Below the pieces are notes generated by a model. That model ran no database searches and had not been told where the DNA came from. It saw only the letters and a list, made by a program, of their open reading frames with translations. 64,000 nucleotides of DNA, taken from positions 1-64,000 of the forward strand of contig KZ538400.1 of the NCBI GenBank assembly GCA_000934665.2, written 5' to 3'. Below are positions 36,498 to 50,165 of this stretch, piece after piece. Within the stretch, counting starts at the first letter, position 1; each line of letters begins with the position of its first letter. The translations under genes were made by a program, and so were the position numbers. This stretch comes from Catajapyx aquilonaris (lineage: Eukaryota).

Positions 36498-37019
36498 CTG
36501 GAATTCAAAGCAGTATATTAGTCACATAGTTTTCCCTTGCACTCCAAGATGCAAGTGACAATCTTTTGAATTTCAATAACAGAATATTTCAGGTCAGTAC
36601 CACAATGCTGCTTACATTATGTCATGCATTTACAAGCAAATGGTGTGTGCTGTCCAAGCCTGATTTTCTTGAAACCTGCCTCATTCCACAGAGTTGTTGG
36701 TACAAGAGTAAAAGGTCCAATGAATTACCATATACTCAAATGGGATTTGGTTCAGTAGGTAGGAGCAATTCAAGTATCAGACCACTTTGGCATTAGCATA
36801 CATACCAAGATATATACCCCATACCCCACCCTCAAGTGAGAGTTGATGTATATACAGCATGTGTGTTGGTTGCACAGACTACCTGCTCTGCTTGGCAAAG
36901 CCAATGGGCTGCCAGCTGCTGGAGACATGAAATTCCTTTTTTGCTTTTTAAGCTCCTGGCCAATTCATTCCCCATATTTTTGCTGGCTACTGCTTTGTAG
37001 ACCTAGAATAACTTCACAG

Positions 37020-37338
37020 TGGGGAGGTGTGGTGGCCAAGATGGTAATGTCTAGGCTTGCTGAGTGAAAGATCCAAGGTTCGATCCCCGCTTGGGAGTTC
37101 CCTTTCACCTGCGTCAGGAGGGTCTCTGACCTGCCCCTTGGAGGTGTCTGGCAACCTAGCCTCCTGGGGGACTGCATATGGCCCGACACAATGACAATGT
37201 ACCTGCACAAGTGTCCCCTCCCCAACAATTCCTGTCCCTACCCCTCATCCTGAAGTCCTTGCACGGAGATTGAAGTAAATAGGAAAATGGTTCTGAATGG
37301 TGGTAATCCACTCCCCTACAGACCCTTATTGGGTTATA
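37020..37338 (+). mobile_element. tRNA-SINE family 3; copies at ~37860-38174(-), ~56035-56370(+), ~57155-57497(+)
   Basis: GGGGAGGTGTGGTGGCC..GGTTCGATCCCC..CCTTTCACCTGCGTCAGGAGGGTCT shared by four copies. Confidence 0.85.
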
Positions 37339-37632
37339 ACACCGAAGCAGTAGTCGTGTAGTGGTATGGTGTCCGACTGCTAATCGGGAGGTCCTGGGTT
37401 CGAATCCCGGAGGCCGGCGACCCTGATCATGGTTTTCTGTGGTTTCCCATGGTCACCGCAGGATAATTCCGGGGTCATTACCGTAATTATAGGCCACAGC
37501 CGCTTCCTTCCTTACCTATCCTTGCCTCAATTCCGGTGAAAAAGTATAGTAAAGATGGAAAGAGTTCCAGACAAAAAAATTGGGAGAAATCCCCCCCCTA
37601 ATAAAGCCTAAAGGGCTGATAATGGGGTATCA

Positions 37633-37633
<1 letters not shown>

Positions 37634-37686
<53 letters not shown>
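37634..37686. repeat. (TTA)n microsatellite; others at 17651-17728, ~15670-15718 and ~52962-52992
   Basis: Direct reading; most are SINE tails. Confidence 0.9.
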
Positions 37687-40600
37687 GGGTTATAACAGGG
37701 TAATAGAAAAAATAATAATAATAACTTCAGAGTTTGATAAAATTATGGTAGCTTTGAGAAAAATTGGGGACAATGCAGGCTGACAATACATAATTATGGT
37801 GCAGGTGACATCAGTATTTATTATTTATTAATTTTTATTAATTTACCCCGTGCCAGGCATCAATGGCCTATTTGGGGGGTGGCACACCACCATCAGTTTT
37901 CTCTGTCATTTTTTCTTCAATCACCGGTGCAAGGAGTCAAGGATGTAGGGTAGGGGTAGGGATTTTTGGGGAGGGAACATGGGGTGCAAGTGCAATGTCT
38001 ACAACATGGGTCATGTGCTGTCCCCCAGGAGGTTAGGTTGCCAGACACCTCCTTGGTGCAGGTCAGAGACCCTCCCGACGCAGGTGAAAGGAAAGTTCCC
38101 CAGGCGGGGATCGAACCTGGGGCCTTTCACTCAGCAAGCCGTGACGTTACCATCACGGCCACCACACCTCCCCAGGTGACATCAGTAAATTACAAGGCAG
38201 AGCAGGAATAACAAGAAAAAAACGGACAAAGGAAGGTCATGTCCTCTGCAGCGGCCAGCCCAAAAGCCTTTGTCAAAAGGACCACATATAGCCTGTGCCT
38301 AGCCAACAGACTGTTTATACATCAACTCCTGCTTGAACAAGTGTTATGTACGATATTAATGGCACTGGCCCAATACTTAAATCGCTTCTGATGCCCAGAC
38401 TGAAGCCAATTTGAGTATATAGTTCATGGGACCTCTCTCTCTCTCATACCAATATTCCCCATGGAATGATACCAGTTTCAAGAAAATTGGGCTCAGAGAG
38501 CAGACCCTTATCAGATGTGCAATAAACAAATAATGCAATACTAGGCACCAACTTGCCAAAATTTGGCAAAATTGCAAAAGTGGAGGGAGAGAGAGATAGA
38601 GATAGAGAGAGCGGGGGAGAGGGAGAAGCGGACCAGGCAGCGACATCCAACGGCAAAGTACCGAAGTAAAACGGTGCGGAGGTAGCGCCCGCGGCCGGAA
38701 TGGCATTTATGGGAACTCCGTAGTGGTTGGGTTTTTTAGGCGGTCAGCGTTTTGTGCGTTTTATAAATTCCCTGGACACTATTTCCAAAAAACAGAAGTT
38801 TATTGCAAATATAGGAAGCGGGGGCTAAATTTTGACATCACTTCCAATGCTGTAGGCCAGCTGTAGGCCATATATAGCGGGAGGAATCCCCATCACAGTA
38901 GGGTATTAATAATATAGATGACCTGTGAACATGGGTAATGCCTGTTGATTTACACTTAACAACAAAATACTTCCATCCCAAGGAGAAACACCCTATCTCC
39001 AAAACTGGTAAGGTCAAAGGTCACATGCAGGCCCTGCACCTATCCAGGTTAGGTGCAAGGCCTGCATGAGACTTTTGTCTGATCAAATATTCCTACAGAT
39101 AAAGTATGGTGATGGTCGATAGGTTTTCCAGTTTGCAGCTGCCATGAATCAAAATGTATGTTGGAAAGAATGTAGTCCATACAATTCATAAGCAATGTTA
39201 TAAAGTGTTCCAAATGTTTGTAGTGGCTAGCAATTTTACCACTCTTAGCTACTTATCATTAAACAGTTACTTTTACAGGCTATCAGCCAAGCTGCAGGTC
39301 CAGGGTTCAAATCCCATTCCTGTCACCTTTGCTTGGTTGGGTCTTTTCCACTTTTTACCCAATGTGTCCAGGCAGACTTACGTTCCCTTCTCTTCCCATG
39401 GCTAAGAGAATAAGTCCAGGTTTCAAAGGGTCGAAAATGACTTGAAAACGTTCCAGGAGAGCCCTTCATTGAGAACCTTCCCTCAATTACAAAGACATGT
39501 ACAATTTTAAAAAATAAAGTTCTGGGCAATACATCCCTGCTGGGTTGAAAGCAATACCCAGATTATTATAATGTCTATTAATTTATTAGCCAGCACAACC
39601 GAAGCAGTTTGGAGGAGGGAATATGGTGTCCGACTGCTAACCGGGAGGTCCTGGGATCAACTCCCGGGGCCACTCGGCCACTGTGTCGCCCTATGCTGAT
39701 AAAATAATAGACATAATAAGGAGACTGTGTTCATGGGTTCCTAGTGTTCGAAAAGCATCATCACGGGGTTCTAGAATGGATTTTAAAAATCACCTATCGC
39801 CTATAACACACTCCTGAAATTTAAAAAAATCAACACGAGATTTTGTCTTTCCCATGAGAAGCGGCTGAAAATTGCATTTTAAAATGTAAAAAACCAAGAC
39901 ACTATTTTAATCGCACACTGTGACATCACAGGTGCATAATGACTATAGGCAAGATGTAGGCATGACAATGGTTAGAGAAATCCTCATCCTTACCCAATCA
40001 ATAAGGCAAGGCAACTCGGATGACAAATTCTAAATTCGTGGGTCTTTATTAAATAACTGTATTGCACAATAGTAGTGATTTTTTTTGTAACATGTTGTGC
40101 CCCATTCATTGATCGTGCAGTTGATATAGAATGCAAGTGCAACCAGTGCTTGGAATTATAGATTCAAGGTATGAACTCACTGCCTAGAGCAAAGAAAATA
40201 TAAATTTCTAACAGAGGCTAGAACCCTATATTGTGAAAAACTGTTAACCCCTTGAGCCCCATGGCTCTTTTCTCCAGCAACCTCTGTATATACTAGCTAT
40301 GTAGATAATATTTAATATTATTACATGATAATATTACAATCATACGGATGCGGGAGGTTGTTTTTTTTTGCCCCACCGTAGTGTCTGTATATTCCAGAAG
40401 AACCAGGGTTGCCGATGGGAATATCCCAGTAAGTCTTTTGCAGCATATGTGCACAGTGTTAAGTTACATTGCCATCGCCTAAACATGTAGGCAACTGGGG
40501 CCGAATAATGCTAAAATGGCACATGATGAAATACTGCCCCGTGCCACTACCACATCTACCCACATCATGTTTCCCTCCTGAACACCACTGCTTGATATCA

Positions 40601-40724
40601 CACAAGTCACAACAGTCCTACAACAGCCTACATGATGTGCATCCCAGTTAGCTTACAATTTAGGTTCAGTAAGATTAGTTATCACTATATTAGGTAAAAG
40701 TTAATTTGTGTGCAATAACAGACA

Positions 40725-42620
40725 TGTACTATATACGACATATAGTTTCATACCCCCNNCAAACGAGCTTTATCCTGGCTATCCTAAGCAACCCACACGG
40801 CATGATAACAGAACCGAGTAGGCGGCAACAGGGCTTGGGGGGTTGGCCGGCTACGGAACCAGGTGGGCTGACCTTGCATACCCCGTAAGCGATAAAGCTT
40901 ATTTTTTTTTGACATTTTTTGACTTGCACATGCCGGAGAAAAAATAACCATCGTGTCCTTTCACTAAATGCGCGCATACGAGCTTGATGCTGCATTCTGC
41001 ATATAATCAGATATCATTGAACTTAGGAAGCATTCTGTTTGCTTCTGTGTGCTGATTGTGTGCTGCTGCAATTAACTAATTGATGCATTTAAAAGGAGCG
41101 TGGGAAGGGGGAGGGGGGAGTCATTTGAATGATAAGAACCCATCAAACAAGAGCGAATTCCAGCAAAGGCTGGATGCCTCAGGGGTTCGAAGCCCGTCTG
41201 GAGCCACAGCTGGATTATTTTCAATTGTTTTCTTCTGTTAACATTTTTTCACCCCGGTATTGTCCTCAATTGATAATTTTACAGATCCCCTGTCTAAAAC
41301 TATATATTAGCCAGAAATATCCCCCGGACGTAATTATTCGTCCCTTGACCTACCCTTAAACCCGCGCGAAATTTGCCGGTGTGGACACATGATTATTCGG
41401 CATAAACGAACAAGATATTGAGCACCCATTCCATGGTTCCATGATGGTGCCATTCTATAGGTCTGACACGATACTTCTGAGGAAGTAAAAAAAAGACTGG
41501 GATGCCCACACACAATAAAAGCTGACAGTAAGCAGCAGGGCAAGACACTCTCAAATACTATACAGGACGTGTCTGTAAGATGCCAACAAAATTCGTGCTA
41601 ACGAAGGCAATGTTATAGCATTTACTTTGAGATGCAATCTGCTTCCCTCTCTCTCGGGACACCGGAAGCAGCACATGAAGCAATGAAACCATCAGGAAAT
41701 AAGTAGAGAGGGAAGCAGATTGCATCCCAAAGTAAATGCTATTAGCACGAATTTTGTTGGCATCTGTCCTGTACACGTCCTGTATAGTATTTGAGAGTGT
41801 CTTGCCCTGCTGCTTACTGTCAGCTTTTATTGTGTGTGGGCATCCCAGTCTTTATTTTACTTCCTCAGAAGTATCGTGTCAGACCTATACAATGGCACCA
41901 TCATGGAACCATGGAATGGGTGCTCAATATCTTGTTTGTTTATGCCGAATAATCCCGTGTCCACACCGCCAAAATTCGCGGGTAGGTCAAGGGACGAATA
42001 ATTACTTCCGGGGGATATTTCTGGCTAATATATAGTTTTAGACAGGGGATCTGTAAAATTATTATTTGCGGACAATACCGGGGTGAAAAAATGTTAACAG
42101 AAGAAAACAATTGAAAATAATCCAGCTGTGGCTCCAGACGGGCTTCAAACCCCTGAGGCATCCAGCCTTTGCTGGCATTCGCTCTTGTTTGATGGGTTCT
42201 TATCATTCAAATGACTCCCCCCTCCCCCTTCCCACGCTCCTTTTAAATGCATCAATTAGTTAATTGCAGCAGCACACAATCAGCACACAAAAGCAAACAG
42301 AATGCTTCCTAAGTTCAATGATATCTGATTATATGCAGAATGCAGCCATCAAGCTCGTATGCGCGCATTTAGTGAAAGGACACGATGGTTATTTTTCCTT
42401 TGGCATGTGCAAGTCAAAAAATGTCAAAAAAAAGGTTTTATCGCTTACGGGGTACGCAAGGTCAGCCCAGCGACCCCCACCTGGTTCCGTAGCCGGCCAA
42501 CCCCCAAGCCCTGTTGCCGCTGACTCGGTTGTGTTATCATGCCGTGTGGGTTGCTTAGGATAGCCAGGATAAAGCTCGTTTGGGGGGGGGGGTATGAAAC
42601 TATATGTCGTATATAGTACA
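40725..42620. mobile_element. 1.9-kb fold-back element (~925-nt near-perfect arms, ~50-nt spacer) in TFIIA intron 1
   Basis: TGTACTATATACGACATATAGTTTCATACCCC... mirrored at the 42620 end; mirrored ORFs 41129+ and 42206-; spacer ~41655-41704. Confidence 0.93.
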
Positions 42621-44940
42621 CTCAAAAATGGTTTTGTTAACCTTTCCCTGGCTTACTGCCACTACAATCCCTTATAAATAACAGTTCCTGTATTAAATAT
42701 CAGTACACTGGTTCATTAGCTATGTATCCAAGCCATCACTGCAAGACTACAATCAGTATTTTTCCCCAGCCGTGTCGAGTTTCCAGTGCAGGGCTTTCTT
42801 CTCATGACATTGCAACCAGCAAAGCAGGCAAATTTCCTTGAGCACTTGATCCAATCTCTACCAGCAAGGTCTTGGCTCCCTGGCCACCATCCACACAGCA
42901 GGCAAGGGACTAGCCCTGTCATTTTGAATTTCAAATTCCTGTGCCAGCACAGGGAATGGCATGATGCAGTACTTTAACTCCACTTCTCTCGCATCAACAA
43001 TGGAAACCTTTTAGTACATGGTGGGATACTAAGCACGTAATTTCAGTACACGTAGGAGATGTTCTGGAGCTGACATTGTGGTTGCAAGGCCAGTCCAGTT
43101 TACTATTGAGGCAAGCAGTGATGCTCTGTATGAGAAGATCCCGAAGTGATTTGGGAGAATCAGCAGGTGCTGTCGAAGCTCTTTTCTTCCCACACCTCTT
43201 CAATCACCTGAGTCACAAGGAGGCCATGCCAGTAAAATGCTGAAATTTTTCTAGTGCACCAAATGATATTACCGTAGTTATAATTACATGGTCCATTCAG
43301 ATGAATATGAGCCAGTCAATCACATATGGACATGGTTACATATAAGTCCAGGGGGGGGGGAATGCTTAAATATGGACAAATAGCCCTATGTTCCACCAGT
43401 GAACCAAACTCTGTTCCCAACAAAGTTGTAGAAGTAGGTGTTCCAAAAGATCCTGGCCCCCTTCCCAAACTTGGCTGACTGGATGACATCAAGGGATATC
43501 GGTTAGAGAAGGGAGGCAAATGAAAGATACAATGAAGTGTTGTATGATAGGGCATGTTTATTCTAGTGTCCTCCCAAAGGTCATTGACCTTCACCACAGC
43601 TGGACCGAACATCCAATCCCAATTTTTAGCATAAATCTTTCCTAGATTGATTCGTAAATGTGTTCACATATGGTTGACTGGCTCACTTTCATCTGAATGA
43701 AACCAGTACCTAATTAATATCTCTCATTAGGTGTATTGGAAAAATTGCAGACCTGTTGCACAGGGAAATGGTTCGTAATAATTTGTGATGGTCAGGTAAT
43801 TTTTTTCAAGTTTAAAATCGACTTTTATTATTAGTGTTGGTGGCCTATAATTCTCATGCTGCGCAGAAGTAGATGTAGAAGAGAGTATACCCATTTCATT
43901 ACTCATTTATACTTTAAATATTACAGAGAGTACCGTATATGTCTGATAAGGGGTGGTAATGTATTTAATTGACTATTGTAATTATGACAAACTTCGTGAA
44001 TGAAAGGAAATGGAGGAGCTCCAAAAAACCCACAAATGAAGAAATCATTTCAGTTATTTCTACATAAAATAGAATGGTTCCAAACTGCATAAAAATTAAC
44101 AGCCTATGTCAAAACTTGACTAGTTAAATCAGACACCTCAACTAGAAAACACTTCTAACTCACTGCAGTATGCTGGCTGTGGATGAATTCAGTCGAGACA
44201 ATAATATTGTTGTGCTATTATTTACTGAGTCACTTTGGTATCCTCAATACCATCATGATTACATCATTCTAGTCCCCATACTGATCCCATGTTAACATTC
44301 TTATTTCATATCACACATGTTCAGTTATCTCTCATTTCCCTGTAAATCCATTTGATGGCATTACACATGAAGGATGGAATTACAATGCAGCAATTTCAGC
44401 AAATTATAGCTCTCACATTAAAACAAGTTTATCAAAATAAGAAAACTGTCTAAGAAATGACATGTTTGGCTCCTACATAAAATAATTTTTAGAAGCTCTA
44501 ATTCAGGTCTTTTTTTATGCACATTCATAACCTGCAGCCTAACATGTATACAGGTAACCTACATGCACATAATTCTGAATAAAACTCTTTCTTGAAAACT
44601 GATAGTCAACATTACTTTGCACTTAATGTGTGCCTTGCACACGGTTTTAAATGCACCCACGTGCTTCTCTCCTGCATGGGAAAGCGCCTGACACGACCAA
44701 ATCCTCAACATCGCATGCTACAGGTGGCATATGGCCCCCTTCAAACATTAGAGCCCACGCCTGATATATACAGGTGGCGCTGCACCCCCTCCTACTTGCG
44801 GGTATATTAACAGCAATTCCAACCCCTCTCCCATTCATTTCATACATCAAACTGGCTGGCAACAGACGTTACCCAATCCGCCATTTCGCCTCCCTCTCAC
44901 ACCATGTTTATACGCGGCATTGGGTGTAATTATTACTCAC

Positions 44941-44964
44941 CACGACAGCCTGACTTTGAGCCAT
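44941..44964 (-). CDS. TfIIA-L: TFIIA large subunit (alpha/beta precursor), coding exon 1: MAQSQAVV
   Basis: ATG GCT CAA AGT CAG GCT GTC GTG|gtgagt with a consensus donor; phase 0 matches exon 2, which begins PKMYRSV. Resembles the short first coding exon of GTF2A1 orthologues. Confidence 0.8.
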
Positions 44965-45680
44965 CCTGGGGCTTTTGGGGATCAACGGACGAGGGGAAAA
45001 TGTTGGTACGAAAGGGAAAACGCGTTGCCCCAGATGGCTCGTTAGGGCTTCCAGCAGAAGCCCGGAGTCCTGTCCGCCACTGCTCCTTCTTTTATACTCC
45101 TAGCCAGGGACCACTGCGCTCACTACCACACCTTCAGGGGGGCTGGGGGGGGAGCCACGGAGACGGAGAGGGGCTAATGGGAGTCCTCAGTCTGGGTTCC
45201 AGCCGTATTTGCCTCCGACACACAAAGTAGTTCTGCGGTTTCATGTCATCTACTAACGTAAAGAGGATAATACTGTGGCATTTTTGGGACAGTTGACATA
45301 AGTCTGCATTTTATTTATTTATTTTGCATATAGAATGGGTGTATTTAGTGTGATTTTGAGGATGTGAGATCTGTTGGCGGGATGGGGATGATGTGGAAAA
45401 CCTGGTGGAATAAGGTTGCACGCTGTAGTGGACGAGGGGCTGTGATTGCAACCAGGCTTTAGTGGGTGCGTTTTGTTCTCCGTCAGAGGGATAGTATCTT
45501 AGGATTGTAGGTGCGTTCGAACGCTGGTTTTGATAATGGAATTGGTGAAACCCGGCCATGCCATGGTCACCCGCCAGATACTCGATCCGATGACAGAAAC
45601 CGGGGAAATATGGACCTATAAGTACGGTCCACGGTCCTAAGGAGTGATCCGTAAGGTAATGTCACGTGGCTCACGTGGGG
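44965..45680. promoter_or_regulatory. Probable bidirectional promoter region between TfIIA-L (minus) and CMTR1 (plus), with a likely non-coding first CMTR1 exon ending ~45655
   Basis: Segment with no obvious TE and relatively many CpGs, immediately upstream of the TFIIA ATG; plus-strand donor AAG|gtaatg at 45655/45656; CACGTG E-boxes at ~45663 and ~45672. Confidence 0.45.
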
Positions 45681-46429
45681 CATTTACACATTACCGAGGA
45701 AATCTGGAAATCTGATCTAGACTCGTCGACGCCACCGCGGACCACCCGGTTCTGGGAAGGAGGGTCAATCAACAACTTCGGAAGGATGATTAAAGGAGGG
45801 GAAACGAGGGTCGGACTGGCCCATTGTGGGCCATAATGTGATGGTTTTGATATTGCAAAAAAATGTCAGAACTTTATCAAACGGACATATACAGGTGTTC
45901 ATTTATTTCGGCATTATTATATCGGGGACATTAAAAATATATCCCCTATGTCCAAAAAACAAGTTCCGAGATATTCCAGAGCCAGTCTGTCTCTGCTTTC
46001 CTGCTACCCTGCAGCGGCGCGCACCTAGCTGCAGCTCAGCTAGAAGCTGAAAGACTAGCTTATTTGCCCTTTGTGTGCAGGATGCCTGACTGGTGATAGA
46101 ACCATATACACGGATAGAACGGCATAGAACAAGCGGAGTCGGAGCGAGGGCCGGTATTGGAGGGAGTGGTAGAGCGGGGAATTACGTGAGGGGATGAGTG
46201 AAAACTCCCGGCCTTATTGTCTGTTGCTCCGACGGAAACTTTGATATACATGGGATGTACGTGGGAAATGCACAGGAATTGCGCGTTTCTACCACGGGAC
46301 GCCATGGACATGTGCGGACATGTGGATATCCACGTAAATACTATATGACTATCCTAATTCCCGGGATATTTCAGTGGATATGTGGACTTCCACAAGATGT
46401 CGCAGAGGGCGTTTCGTGCTACTAGGAAG

Positions 46430-47370
46430 ATAAGGGACTCGGAGAAGCTCAGGTCAAATCTTACATTTGATATGCGATATGCGATGATATTGATTATGCG
46501 AAATATGTTTTTATGCTCCAGGAGATGGTCTTACCCAAAATTGACAAATCCAAAAATTTAAAGTCAAAGATGGCGCCCCAAACTGCGTGATTTTGATATT
46601 GCTTATTATTAATGGCCCCATACGATCTCTTTTGAATGGCACTTAAAATGATCAGGGTAATGTTTACTTGAGATTTACGCAAAATGTGGAGAACACTTTT
46701 TTGATATTTTCCAAAATAATACAGGGGGATTCTCTCGAATGGAAACCCAAACATTCCTCAATAACTTTTTACCTATCACCTATGGTATGGTTCCCTGTGA
46801 AAATTGACATGTACTTACCTTGTATCATGCCAAACAAGGTCTGACTAAAGAATATACCAAAAGCGGTCCCCTCCAGCATCCAGGAATTTTTAAATGCGAG
46901 TCTGCATCTTTACCGAAGATGCAGACTCGCATTTAAAAATTCCTGGATGCTGGAGGGGACCGATTTTGGTATATTCTTTAGTCAGACCTTGTTTGGCATG
47001 ATACAAGGTAAGTACATGTCAATTTTCACCGGGAACCATACCATGGGTAAAAAGTTATTGAGGATGTTTGGGTGACTACTCTCACGCTACACGTCTTGCA
47101 ACTAAAATGTTTTTATATTTGGCAAATATCAAAAAAGGGTTCTCCAGATTTTGCGGAATTGTCAATTAAACATTACCCTGATCATTTTAAGATATCGTAT
47201 GGGGCCATTAATAAGCAAAATCAAAATCAACGTTTTGGACGCCATTTTTTACTTTAAATTTTTGGATTTTTCAATTTTGGGTAAGACCATTTCCTGGAAC
47301 ATAAAAATAGATTTCGCATACGCATATCAAATATAAGATTTGACGTGAGTTTCTCCGAGTTATGGTCCTC
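46430..47370. mobile_element. Nested fold-back: outer TIR element plus inner mariner MITE (~46721-47075) related to 16151-16747
   Basis: Arms ~46436-46715 and ~47115-47360 are inverted; inner palindrome centred at ~46911. Confidence 0.8.
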
Positions 47371-50165
47371 CAAATGAGGTGACTATATTACGGGAGGCGT
47401 TTGGAACCAAAAAAGTTATTATTGTCGGCAAATATCGAAAAAGGGTTCTCCAGATTTTTCGGAATGTGAAGTTGGGCAACGTGGGCTACACATGGGATCC
47501 ATTTTCAGCACACTTTCCCACACTGGGCCCATTATTTGGGGCCAACATGGGCCCCATGCAGCAACTTCCTTTGCTGCATGGGAAGCAAACACCAGCATGG
47601 TGGTACCAGCAAAATATTGCTGGCGTTGCTGGAATGGCTGCTGGTCTTTGCTGGTCCCTGGGATTTTACTCGATCTTTTGCTGGTCTCGGCTAGTTGCAG
47701 CAGTGACGATTTTCAGCATACCAGCATGCTGGGACCAGCATCGCATACCAGCATTGCTGGTTTCAAAACCGGGGTAGGCTGGATGTGTCAGGGGGTTGGT
47801 GTGGCATGGTTGATGGGTGCAGGGCCGGTCTAGGTTGATCACATAAAACCTCTCGACAGCAGTTTTCGAATGGCCCGATTAGTGAGAACATGTCAGTCTT
47901 GTGTCTGCCTGTCGTTCCATAAAGTGAACTGTTTACTCATTATGTAAACAACTTCACAGTAGTGCCAACTGGGCAACAATACAGTTTCCCAGGCAACTCA
48001 CCAGTCACCAGATGTGTATTGTTTACACCCCATGGCGCCTGCACATAGAACGCGGGCCAATGGGAAAGTGGCGTCAACAATATAGCGGTGGTCCGGTGGA
48101 CCAAATCAGAGGGCTTATAGGCTACATAGTCCGCAAGCATTTTAATATTATAGATGAAGTTGATAACAATAGTGGTAGAAGACGAGGGCGACACGGTGGC
48201 GGAGTGGTTAGCGCCACAGCCTTCCACCTCTAAGGTCCCGAGTTCGATCCCCGGGTCGCGCAAAGGATGTTTATGTGGATAGAGTTTCGATGGGTTCTCT
48301 CCGTGTTCGCGTGGGTTTTCTCGGGGTTCTCCCGTTTCCTCCCGCAATCAAAATCCATCACACGCAGGCAATGATTAAAGACAGTTCACGAAAAGATGAT
48401 CCCCTAAGAGGCCCAAGGGGCCTATCACGGGGTATCCATTATATATAGTGGTAGAAGACTAGAATCACTAGAATCAAGAGCTCTTGCTAGAATGGATACA
48501 ATACAGGCTTGGACTCAGATATGGAAACATATGTTGCGTTGTTTCCGGCTGGGTTGTACTGAAGTTGAATTGACGAGTTCTGTGCACTGGGAGAGGGACT
48601 AACCCCTTTATCTAGAACTCACGGTATGCGAAATATTCACATAACTGCTGAGGTTTCAGCCTGTTGACATTTCAAAACATTATGTGAACCATATATCGTA
48701 CTGTACATTTCTTTGACGCGACTACTTTTTGAAAACACCACGTAAGTTATAACGGAGAATTATTTAGATTCCTCATATTCTGATTAGTGCTTGGACCTTG
48801 CTTCACATCTTCTTTAAAAATAAACAGCATTAGCCACTTCTGTTGCTGCTGTCGTGGCCATTCAGCAGAGCGATGCCGCAGAATTCTTCCCGCGCGTTTG
48901 TTGCGAAACAGTTGGTAGTTGGCAGGTCTGTTTTCAAAATGGCTACAGGCAGAAGACGAATTCTTCAGGACGTTGTCGTCGAAGCCCAATGATAGGTCTG
49001 AAGGACGTGTAACGTGCACCTGTAGCTGCCTCAGGCCGCCGGGCGGTTGGAGTGCGTGTCTCTGCAAGGTTGGGAGAAATTACGAGAGGTATCCATGCAC
49101 CACATGGTTTATTGAGCAGTTGTTATTATCTTTGCACATATGCATGGCCATATTATGAGAATCTGATGAGAAGGTTGTAAGGAGAGGTGTGACATGCAGA
49201 TGGTCTGCTTCATAATACCGATTGTTGCATGGTACTTCGTTAAGGCTGGGGTTAATGTGCAGGTGAAAGGCTTGCTGATACAAGCATATGCCAGCGTGGT
49301 TGTAGTACTGCAGGTTGTAATCCATCATTTGGTGTCATTGTGGAATGCATGCAGAATGTAGCACACAAGGCTGCTGGGAGATTAAATGTGAAAATTTCGT
49401 GATGAATGTAGTGGTAGTTAACGACAAGGGGTAAATCACGCATTCACGCGTCAAGTCTGTTGTACGGTATAAGACGCCAAGTCCAGGCCCAAGTCTGACA
49501 AGTCGGAGCCCAAGTCCAGTTTTTTACAAGTCCGTTGTACGCTTATCTGCAGAGTGATTTACCCCTTAGTTAACGATTTTCTGAGCCTTCTCACTTTCCT
49601 TGTCAACATCACTCGCAGCTTGTTACGTTTCATATCTTTTCTTCACTTGTTCCCTGACATTCCTCATCATTCTGATGTTTAATTCCGGGAAAGGGTTCTT
49701 ACCTTAGTCACTATATCAGTCAGTTTTCTAGACAGCCTGAAGCGCTGTTCTGTGAGCTACCTCTCATATCTGTGAATAACTTTACTGACATGACTCATGA
49801 AAATCTGTCATGAAACTGGCAGTATGGTGGTGATTTAGATTACTATTCTTCCACTCCTGAGGTCCTGCATGCAATCCCCAGATTTTTCATGTGATGGATT
49901 TTCCATGTTTCAATTGGCCCTCTTTATGCTTACGTCCGTTTTATTGGGTTCATATAATTTTCTTTCTGGTCAAAATAGATAAACAATAGGGAGGATCGAT
50001 AAAGTAAAAAAAAAGTAAAGGAAATTCCGCTGTGAAGCACCAGGTCAATCTCTGGGTATCCAATATTGGTAAAATTTGCTGCACAATAAATTTATCTGGA
50101 AGAAAGGTAGTTGAGGGACAGCATGGCATTTACTGTTCATTAAATCTACACTTTCATAATACATA

